Of a DNA stretch of 64,000 nucleotides, positions 56,910 to 64,000 are shown piece after piece (the first letter of the stretch is position 1; every line of letters starts with the position of its first letter). Under the pieces are notes generated by a model. It was not told the origin of the DNA, ran no database searches, and worked only from the letters and a program-made list of their open reading frames with translations. The translations under genes were made by a program, and so were the position numbers. Source of the DNA: Faecalimonas sp. (GTDB lineage: Bacteria > Bacillota > Clostridia > Lachnospirales > Lachnospiraceae); contig JAZRND010000050.1 in NCBI GenBank assembly GCA_045648005.1, positions 4,458 through 68,457 on the forward strand, read 5' to 3'.

Positions 56910-59063
56910 ATGGGAATCAAGATTGCGTTAGCAGGAAATCCAAACTGTGGAAAAACGACGCTTTTTAACTTTTTGACAGGATCTAACCAATATGTAGGGA
57001 ACTGGCCGGGTGTTACAGTAGAAAAGAAGGAAGGTAAACTCAAAGGATATGACGATGTTATAATCCAAGATTTGCCTGGAATATATTCTTTGTCTCCATA
57101 TTCGCCGGAAGAAGTGGTCACACGTACATATTTAGTAAAAGAGCATCCGGATGCAATATTAAATATAGTAGATGGAACTAATATTGAGCGTAACTTGTAT
57201 TTGACAACACAGTTAATTGAACTTGGATATCCAGTGGTGGTGGCTGTCAATATGATTGATTTGGTGCGCAAAAATGGGGACTCTATCGATTTGGATAAAC
57301 TAAGTAAGGCTATGGGCTGTGCTTGCATTGAAATCAGTGCTCTAAAAGGTGAAGGCGGAAAGGAAGCAGCAGAAAAAGCTGTGGAATTGGCAAAGAATCA
57401 CGAGCATGGTCCGAGACCGCATGTATTTAATGGAAGTGTTGAACATGCTTTGGCACACATTGAAGAAGAAATTGATGAAATGGTGGATGCCACATATCTT
57501 CGCTGGTATGCTATCAAACTTTTTGAACGTGATGAGGTAGTTCAAAAGGAATTACAGTTGAATGAAAAAATACTTTCTCATTTGGAAGGACATATTACAG
57601 AGTGTGAAAAAGAAATGGATGATGATGCGGAATCCATCATCGCAGACCAACGCTATACCTATATAGGAAATGTGGTTGGAAAAGCGGTGAAGAAGAATGC
57701 AGGTAAGCATGCTATGAGTTTGTCAGATAAAGTAGACCAAGTTGTGACAAATCGAATTTTAGCGTTGCCGATATTTGCAGGTGTTATGTTCCTTATGTAT
57801 GCCATTGCAATGGGAAGTTATCCGTTCTCTATCGGGACGCTGGGGACAGATTGGGCGAACGATGTATTGTTTGGTGAGTGGGTCCCAAATCTGCTCGATA
57901 AATTGTTGACAAGTCTTGGCGTTAGCAATTGGCTTTATGGTTTGGTAATGGATGGAATTGTGGCAGGTGTCGGTGCAGTGCTCGGCTTTGTACCGCAGAT
58001 CCTGGTGCTTTCATTGCTGTTATCTATTTTGGAAGATATTGGATACATGTCTAGGGTGGCATTTATTATGGACCGTATTCTTCGCAAATTCGGCCTTTCA
58101 GGGAAATCCATTATTCCGATGCTCGTTGCAACAGGATGTGGCGTTCCAGGTATTTTGGCAAGCCGTACGATTGAACAGGAAAATGACCGCAAAATTACAG
58201 TTATGACCACAGGATTTCTTCCATGTGGTGCCAAAATGCCAATCATTGGCTTGTTCGCAGGCGCTATCTTTGGAAATTCACCGTTAGTTGCAACATCTGC
58301 GTTCTTTATTGGAGTCATGGCAGTTCTTGTGTCCGGTGTCATCCTGAAGAAATTTAAAACATTTGCAGGTAAGCCAACCCCGTTTGTTATGGAACTTCCG
58401 GCATATCATTTGCCGTCTCCGCGAAATGTTCTTCGATCTACATTAGATAGAGGTTGGGATTTTGTAAAGAGAGCAACGACGATTGTACTTTTGAGTTCTA
58501 TTGTGCTTTGGTTCTTGCAAAGCTATGGATTTGTAAATGGTACTTTTATTGCAGTGGAAGATCACAATGCTTCCTTCTTGGCAGGTCTTGGTAAGATTAT
58601 TGCATGGATATTCTATCCAATTGGTTGGATGGGAGATATGGCTTGGAAAGCAACCGTTGCAACCTTCACCGGTTTGATTGCAAAAGAACAAGTGGTTATG
58701 ACCTTTGGTACACTCTACAACTTCGGTGGAGAATTGAGCGAAACCGGAGATGAAATTTGGAAAATGATTGCAACAGATTTCGGACCGGTTCGAGCATATA
58801 GTTTTATGATTTTTAATTTACTTTGTGCCCCATGTTTTGCAGCCATTGGTGCAATTAAGAGGGAAATGGGAAGTGTAAAATGGACTTTTGGAACCATTGC
58901 CTATATGTGTGGATTTGCCTATGCGATTTCTATGATTGTATACCAATTAGTAGGTTTAGCATTGGGAGAGGTTACATTTAGTGTGTTTACTGTTCTGGCC
59001 GCTTTGGTATTAGGCGTATTATTATATTTGATTTGCCGAAAAGGATATAAAGCAGAAAAATAA
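56910..59063 (+). CDS. feoB: Ferrous iron transport protein B
   Basis: GNPNCGKT, VGNWPGVTVE, DLPG.YSL, NMID, GCGVP, PFVMELP.Y, PCFA. Confidence 0.97.
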   Translation: MGIKIALAGNPNCGKTTLFNFLTGSNQYVGNWPGVTVEKKEGKLKGYDDVIIQDLPGIYSLSPYSPEEVVTRTYLVKEHPDAILNIVDGTNIERNLYLTTQLIELGYPVVVAVNMIDLVRKNGDSIDLDKLSKAMGCACIEISALKGEGGKEAAEKAVELAKNHEHGPRPHVFNGSVEHALAHIEEEIDEMVDATYLRWYAIKLFERDEVVQKELQLNEKILSHLEGHITECEKEMDDDAESIIADQRYTYIGNVVGKAVKKNAGKHAMSLSDKVDQVVTNRILALPIFAGVMFLMYAIAMGSYPFSIGTLGTDWANDVLFGEWVPNLLDKLLTSLGVSNWLYGLVMDGIVAGVGAVLGFVPQILVLSLLLSILEDIGYMSRVAFIMDRILRKFGLSGKSIIPMLVATGCGVPGILASRTIEQENDRKITVMTTGFLPCGAKMPIIGLFAGAIFGNSPLVATSAFFIGVMAVLVSGVILKKFKTFAGKPTPFVMELPAYHLPSPRNVLRSTLDRGWDFVKRATTIVLLSSIVLWFLQSYGFVNGTFIAVEDHNASFLAGLGKIIAWIFYPIGWMGDMAWKATVATFTGLIAKEQVVMTFGTLYNFGGELSETGDEIWKMIATDFGPVRAYSFMIFNLLCAPCFAAIGAIKREMGSVKWTFGTIAYMCGFAYAISMIVYQLVGLALGEVTFSVFTVLAALVLGVLLYLICRKGYKAEK

Positions 59064-59076
59064 AGGAGTTTTATAG

Positions 59077-59229
59077 ATGGGAGATATTATAGTTCTTGTA
59101 GTGATAGGGGCCATAGTGGCATTAGTTCTTCACTCTATGTGGAAAAATCACAAACAAGGAAAAACATGTTCCGGCTGCTCGGGAGATTGTGCCCACTGTG
59201 CAAGCAAAAATAAGAAAACAAGATATTGA
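59077..59229 (+). CDS. FeoB-associated Cys-rich membrane protein (50 aa; not in the ORF track)
   Basis: AGGAG RBS; MGDIIVLVVIGAIVALVLHSMWKNHKQGKTCSGCSGDCAHCASKNKKTRY. Confidence 0.85.
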   Translation: MGDIIVLVVIGAIVALVLHSMWKNHKQGKTCSGCSGDCAHCASKNKKTRY

Positions 59230-59296
59230 ATATTTGGAAAACCATGCTAATATGGTATTAAGCATATTTCATTTTGTTTGTGTGAGGAGGATAAAA

Positions 59297-60718
59297 ATGG
59301 AAGAGAATAAGAAAAAAGGCGGACTTAACAAGATTTGGTTGGCGATTGTCATTGCAGTTGTTGCAGTTTTGGCTATTGTATTGCTTCTTGTCTTGGGAAA
59401 TCCATTGCAAAAAGCGCAGGGTAACAAGATTGATGCAGAGCAACTACTTCCGTCAGTGAAGGATGTTGAGTTTGAAAACATGTATGTAGCTGCAAAAGCA
59501 AGAAACCCGGTTACGTTTTTGCTTGTTGATGGTGAAAACAATGATGTAAATGACCGTTTGGAAGGAAAGACTGTTAAACGAATTGGTATTCCTGTCTTGA
59601 AGTTGGATGATTATAAAAAGGATTCACAAATCGATGTCCATGTAATGACTAAAACACTTCCGGCAACGGTGATAAGAAGTTATCCACTTGTGATTCCGGC
59701 AAATACATATAGCGAAAATAAGGTAAATGAGTGGCATTATTTTGACGTAAACATTGAGATTGGTAAAGGTGAAATGTTGGCCTTTGGAACCAGCGCGGGA
59801 GCAGATAGCTTTACTTTTGGATTTGTAAAAAAATCAGATAATGTGCCTGCAGTAAATAAAACATTAGAAGAAACAAAGGGGTACCACGGAAGTGTTAATA
59901 CCGGTGGTCCGGTTACCTATGCAGATGGTGCTACGCAATATGGTCTGCTTTTCGATATTTATTACACGGAAACAAAAGCAGATAATAGTAATCCATTGAA
60001 AGGAAAATATATTTCCTTCATGGGTGATAGCATTTCTACTTTTGGAGGATTTACAGACAATAGCTTGTATCAATCAGAAATTAGAAATAATGTCATTTTC
60101 TATCCAAGCGACCTTAAGGTAAATGTTACAGACACATGGTGGATGAAAACCATTAGTGCGCTGGATATGAAACTTTGTGTAAATAACGCTTGGAGTGGCT
60201 CTCATGTTTCAACCTTCAAAGATGAACCAGAGAAGGCTGCGTGTATGGACCGGGCAACATTACTTCATAATGATAACCAGAACATCAATCCTGACATTAT
60301 CGTTTTTGCCATTGGTGCAAACGATGCATTGGGAAGTTATGAAATTGGAACATACAATGGCTTGAGCGATGTATACGATGGACAAAATTATATTGGGGAC
60401 ACAAAACTTTTTGCACAAGCCTATGCAATGATGCTTCATAAGACAAAAACCCAGTATCCAGATGCAGATATTTATTTGTTCTCTATGTTGAATTGGCCAC
60501 TTAAGGTAGAAGGTGGAACACCTATCGTTAATTATACAAATGTGGTAAAACAGATAGCAGAAGAATTTAATGTGACTTATGTAGACCTGTTCAATGAAAC
60601 AGATATTTCACCGGAGACAGCAGAAAAGTATTTCTATGACAAAGTGCATCCGACCCCGGCTGGATTTACTGAAATGTCAGATTGTCTGATCAAGGTATTA
60701 AAAGAAAAGTACAAGTAA
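59297..60718 (+). CDS. Membrane-anchored SGNH/GDSL hydrolase
   Basis: N-terminal TM; FMGDSIST, WSGS, GAND, DKVHP (DxxH). ATG 59297 after GAGGAGG. Confidence 0.85.
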   Translation: MEENKKKGGLNKIWLAIVIAVVAVLAIVLLLVLGNPLQKAQGNKIDAEQLLPSVKDVEFENMYVAAKARNPVTFLLVDGENNDVNDRLEGKTVKRIGIPVLKLDDYKKDSQIDVHVMTKTLPATVIRSYPLVIPANTYSENKVNEWHYFDVNIEIGKGEMLAFGTSAGADSFTFGFVKKSDNVPAVNKTLEETKGYHGSVNTGGPVTYADGATQYGLLFDIYYTETKADNSNPLKGKYISFMGDSISTFGGFTDNSLYQSEIRNNVIFYPSDLKVNVTDTWWMKTISALDMKLCVNNAWSGSHVSTFKDEPEKAACMDRATLLHNDNQNINPDIIVFAIGANDALGSYEIGTYNGLSDVYDGQNYIGDTKLFAQAYAMMLHKTKTQYPDADIYLFSMLNWPLKVEGGTPIVNYTNVVKQIAEEFNVTYVDLFNETDISPETAEKYFYDKVHPTPAGFTEMSDCLIKVLKEKYK

Positions 60719-60725
60719 TCATAAG

Positions 60726-60760
60726 AAAAGTTCGTAAGAAAAACTCTTACGAACTTTTTT
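60726..60760. terminator. Bidirectional terminator
   Basis: AAAAGTTCGTAAGA...TCTTACGAACTTTT. Confidence 0.75.
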
Positions 60761-61127
60761 GTGTATTTGCATATTTTTTTATGGCTTCAAAACTTTCAGA
60801 ACTTAATACATGTTCCAGTTTGCAGGCGTCCTCTGAAGCAATTTCTTCCGGAACCCCTAATCTGGTGAGCCATTCCGTCAACAGTTCATGACGTTCATGT
60901 ATCATTTCTGCAATCTGCTTGCCAGATTCTGTTAAATATATAAAACCAGCATCGGTCACTGTGATATGATTCTTTTCTCGAAGATTTTTCATGGCAACAC
61001 TGACACTGGATTTTTTGAATCCTAACTCATTTGCCACATCTACAGAACGGACTACAGGTAACGTTTTACTTAAAATCAAAATGGTTTCCAAATAGTTTTC
61101 TGCAGATTCATTGATAACAAGCTTCAT
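60747..61127 (-). CDS. DtxR/MntR family metal-dependent transcriptional regulator (no C-terminal SH3/FeoA domain)
   Basis: ENYLETI, VRSVDVANELG..KSSVS, ERHELL, EDACKLEH. Confidence 0.93.
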   Translation of the reverse strand: MKLVINESAENYLETILILSKTLPVVRSVDVANELGFKKSSVSVAMKNLREKNHITVTDAGFIYLTESGKQIAEMIHERHELLTEWLTRLGVPEEIASEDACKLEHVLSSESFEAIKKYANTQKSS

Positions 61128-61248
61128 GATGATTTCCTCCTGAATATTACAATAAGAATATCACAGAAAAATGGAAAAAACAATAGAAGTGTGTTACAAT
61201 GAGGTAGAGTTATATCAAAAGGAAAGTAATCTAGAAGAAGGTGTGAAT

Positions 61249-61425
61249 ATGGCCAACAATTGTGAAACTTGTGTGAATTATGAGTATGACGAAGAATATG
61301 ATTATTACGTGTGTGCGAAAAATTTGGATGAGGATGAAATGTACCGGTTTATCAAAGGGGATTTTCGGGATTGTCCATATTACCAATTCGGCGACGAATA
61401 TCAGATTGTAAAAAAACAAATGTGA
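61249..61425 (+). CDS. Small Cys/acidic protein (DUF6472-like)
   Basis: CETC..Y.YDEE..YYVC..NLDEDEM..F..CPYY..GDEY.IV.KQM. Confidence 0.7.
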   Translation: MANNCETCVNYEYDEEYDYYVCAKNLDEDEMYRFIKGDFRDCPYYQFGDEYQIVKKQM

Positions 61426-61439
61426 TAAGGAGAAAATTT

Positions 61440-61988
61440 ATGAATCAATTTGAAGCATCTATTATTTTATGGATACAGGAAAATTTGAGAGGTGTTATGG
61501 ATGGCTTTTGGACATTTATCACCAGCCTTGGAGATGGAGGATATCTCTGGATAGCCTTGGGGATTATTTTACTTATTTTCAAGAAGACCAGACCGATTGG
61601 TTTTACAGTATTGATAGCCTTGCTCTTCAATCTGATTATTACGAATTTGACACTGAAAGATTTGATTGCAAGACCGCGACCGTTTGTGGTAAATGAAACA
61701 ATCAAACCACTTGTGGGTGGAGTGAATCCTTATACCTCTTTCCCGTCAGGGCATACCAGTGGGTCCTTTTCAGCAATGTTTGCCCTTTATCGTTGGGTTC
61801 CGAAGAAAATTGGAATTCCGGCCCTTGTGTTGGCAGGGTTAGTCGCAATTTCCCGTTTGTATGTGGGTGTGCACTATCCGACAGACCTTTTGGGAGGATT
61901 CGTTATTGGATTTATTTGCAGTGTTTGGGCATATCACATCGTCCAAGTAGTGCGAAGAAAAATAGGAGAGAAGAAAGCAAATGGCTAA
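61440..61988 (+). CDS. PAP2 family phosphatase (undecaprenyl-PP phosphatase-like)
   Basis: K...ARPRP, SFPSGH, SRLYVGVHYPTD. Confidence 0.92.
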   Translation: MNQFEASIILWIQENLRGVMDGFWTFITSLGDGGYLWIALGIILLIFKKTRPIGFTVLIALLFNLIITNLTLKDLIARPRPFVVNETIKPLVGGVNPYTSFPSGHTSGSFSAMFALYRWVPKKIGIPALVLAGLVAISRLYVGVHYPTDLLGGFVIGFICSVWAYHIVQVVRRKIGEKKANG

Positions 61989-62631
61989 AACAAAGAAGCA
62001 AAAGCTGGCAGAAGAGATTATCAAACGCTTAAAAGAAGAATACCCGGATGCAGATTGTTCTCTAGAGTATGATCAAGCATGGAAACTTTTAGTCAGTGTG
62101 CGCTTGGCGGCGCAGTGTACAGATGAACGAGTGAATATTATTGTGGAAAGACTTTACGAAAAATATCCGGATGTGAATGCATTGGCAGATGCAGATGTGG
62201 ATAAAATAGAAGAAATAGTAAGACCCTGCGGATTGGGAAGAAGCAAAGCGAAAGACATTAGTGCCTGCATGAAGATTTTGCGAGACCAGTACGATTGTCA
62301 GGTTCCGACCACATTTGAAGAACTGTTGGCTCTGCCGGGAGTAGGAAGAAAAAGTGCGAATCTCATTATGGGAGACGTCTTTGGAAAGCCTGCCATTGTG
62401 ACAGATACTCATTGCATTCGATTGACAAATCGTATGGGCTTGGTAGATGGAATTAAAGAACCAAAAAAGGTAGAAATGGCATTGTGGAAAATCATCCCGC
62501 CGGAAGAGGGAAATGATTTTTGTCACCGATTGGTGTATCACGGACGAGCTGTTTGTACGGCAAGAACAACACCATACTGCGAAAAGTGTTGTTTGAGAGA
62601 TATTTGTCCTAAAAATGGCGTAAAAAAATAA
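61981..62631 (+). CDS. nth: Endonuclease III
   Basis: AQCTD.RVN, HhH LPGVGRKSAN, DTH, C-x6-C-x2-C-x5-C Fe-S motif. Confidence 0.95.
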   Translation: MAKTKKQKLAEEIIKRLKEEYPDADCSLEYDQAWKLLVSVRLAAQCTDERVNIIVERLYEKYPDVNALADADVDKIEEIVRPCGLGRSKAKDISACMKILRDQYDCQVPTTFEELLALPGVGRKSANLIMGDVFGKPAIVTDTHCIRLTNRMGLVDGIKEPKKVEMALWKIIPPEEGNDFCHRLVYHGRAVCTARTTPYCEKCCLRDICPKNGVKK

Positions 62632-62713
62632 TTGATTTCTGTAATATCATTCATTATAATTGTTCTGTAAGTGTTAGAAAAAAGTTTATTTTATATATTT
62701 AGGAGGAAAAGTT

Positions 62714-63715
62714 ATGGATTCAAATAAGAGACCGGATACCATGGAACGTATCACGACACCGGAACTTGCAAATGCATTTATCGCAGAGCAAGTAAAGGCT
62801 GTAAAAGAGCAAGTTGGAGATAAAAAAGTGTTATTGGCACTTTCCGGAGGCGTAGATAGTTCAGTAGTGGCAGCGCTTTTGATTAAGGCTATCGGCAAGC
62901 AATTAGTTTGTGTGCATGTAAATCATGGTTTGATGCGTAAGGATGAATCAGAAGGCGTTATCAAGATGTTTCGAGAAGGTTTGGATGCTAACTTAATTTA
63001 TGTTGATGCAACAGATCATTTCTTAGGGTTGTTAGCAGGTGTGTCAGACCCAGAACGCAAGAGAAAAATTATTGGTAAAGAGTTCATCACAGTATTTGCA
63101 GAAGAAGCAAGAAAACTTGAAGATATTACCTTCCTTGCACAAGGAACAATTTATCCAGACATCTTGGAATCTATTAAGGCAGCTGAAGGTAAGAAAGCAG
63201 TGAAATCTCATCACAACGTGGGTGGACTTCCAGAAGATCTTAAATTTGAACTTGTAGAACCAATTAAACTTTTATATAAAGACGAAGTGCGTGTAGTAGG
63301 TGAGGCTCTTGGTTTGCCACACTCTATGGTATATCGTCAACCATTCCCGGGTCCGGGGCTGGGTGTTCGTTGTTTAGGAGCGATTACTCGCGATAGATTA
63401 GAAGCTCTTCGTGAAGCAGATGCTATCTTGCGTGAAGAATTTGATAAGAATGGCCTTGCTGAAAAAGTGTGGCAATATTTTATCGCTGTTCCAGATATCA
63501 AGAGCGTAGGTGTGAAAGACGAAAGTCGTTATGAAGGTTGGCCAGCCATCATTCGTGCGGTCAATACAACAGATGCAATGACTGCAACAATTGAAGAGAT
63601 TCCATATGAGATTCTTCATCACATCACAGATAGAATTACTCATGAAGTTGAAGGTATCAATCGAGTTCTTTTGGATTTGACACCGAAGCCGATTGGGACG
63701 ATTGAGTGGGAATAA
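62714..63715 (+). CDS. guaA: GMP synthase ATP-pyrophosphatase plus dimerisation domains only (no GATase domain)
   Basis: SGGVDSS PP-loop, QGTIYPD, KSHHN, RQPFPGPGL, KP..TIEWE; 333 aa. Confidence 0.92.
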   Translation: MDSNKRPDTMERITTPELANAFIAEQVKAVKEQVGDKKVLLALSGGVDSSVVAALLIKAIGKQLVCVHVNHGLMRKDESEGVIKMFREGLDANLIYVDATDHFLGLLAGVSDPERKRKIIGKEFITVFAEEARKLEDITFLAQGTIYPDILESIKAAEGKKAVKSHHNVGGLPEDLKFELVEPIKLLYKDEVRVVGEALGLPHSMVYRQPFPGPGLGVRCLGAITRDRLEALREADAILREEFDKNGLAEKVWQYFIAVPDIKSVGVKDESRYEGWPAIIRAVNTTDAMTATIEEIPYEILHHITDRITHEVEGINRVLLDLTPKPIGTIEWE

Positions 63716-63728
63716 TGGAAAATGTTTG

Positions 63729-63755
63729 GGAAGCCTTACAAGGCTTCCTTTTTTT
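63729..63755 (+). terminator. Terminator after guaA
   Basis: GGAAGCCTT-AC-AAGGCTTCC plus T7. Confidence 0.8.
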
Positions 63756-63853
63756 ACCAGTTCACAATTTCACGCTATTGTCCTCGTTCAATCTATATGA
63801 TACTATAAATATGTATTTTATTAAATAAACCATCATTATTTATGGAGAAAACG

Positions 63854-64000
63854 ATGTATTCAATAGGAATAGATTTTGGCTCTCTTTCAGCGAGAGCAGT
63901 ATTAGTAAATTTAAGTAATGGAGAAACCGTGGCAGAGTCAGAGTTTGTGTATCCACACGCAATACTCACAGACCAAGACTTTGACAATATAGTCCTGGAA
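63854..64000 (+). CDS. FGGY carbohydrate kinase, ribulokinase-like; 5' fragment running off the right edge
   Basis: MYSIGIDFGSLSARAVLVNLSNGETVAESEFVYPHA; GGAG RBS. Confidence 0.8.
   Translation, partial: MYSIGIDFGSLSARAVLVNLSNGETVAESEFVYPHAILTDQDFDNIVLE

Noticed and set aside
62632-62713. Purine riboswitch upstream of guaA
   Set aside because: Only 82 nt, AT-rich, and lacking the TATGG / TTTCTACC core.
1-64000. rRNA, tRNA, CRISPR-Cas, transposases, restriction-modification genes
   Set aside because: All intergenic gaps are short and were read by eye; none shows such sequence, and no ORF carries the relevant motifs.

Overview
This window is core-chromosome sequence from a low-GC, endospore-forming clostridial bacterium, most likely a Lachnospiraceae-type gut anaerobe. 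That assignment is inferred from spoIIID, spoIIR, a SipL-like SPOCS/LysM protein, cotJ and the gene order. Genes lie mostly on the + strand. Content includes a partial trkH, cotJ spore-coat genes, a short-chain chromate transporter pair, a TPP-riboswitch-controlled thiamine/HMP ABC operon, pepD, plsC, two malQ paralogs, pncB-ddl-murF, sipL-ispE-gntR-spoIIR, cvfB-dnaE-pfkA-murI, an exported trigger-factor-like lipoprotein, and a divergent XRE / ORF6N-PLD-like accessory pair. Further right are a LacI-controlled maltodextrin-type ABC operon, an AraC / GH2 beta-glucuronidase-like / GPH symporter cassette, glnA, MATE, AKR, TspO, CapA-family, DUF1295, YfcC, HelD-like, amidase, CLC, feoAB with a DtxR-family regulator, nth, a GATase-less guaA and the start of a ribulokinase. 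I found no rRNA, tRNA, CRISPR array, transposase or integrase. The strongest leads are four: (i) the glucuronidase cassette bracketed by two nested pairs of direct repeats, (ii) the XRE/ORF6N-PLD module whose -10 box sits in the 6-nt spacer of an 18-bp inverted repeat, (iii) a lipoprotein trigger factor lacking the ribosome-binding domain, and (iv) a triple-hairpin intergenic element. All family calls come from motif recognition by eye; no database searches were run.
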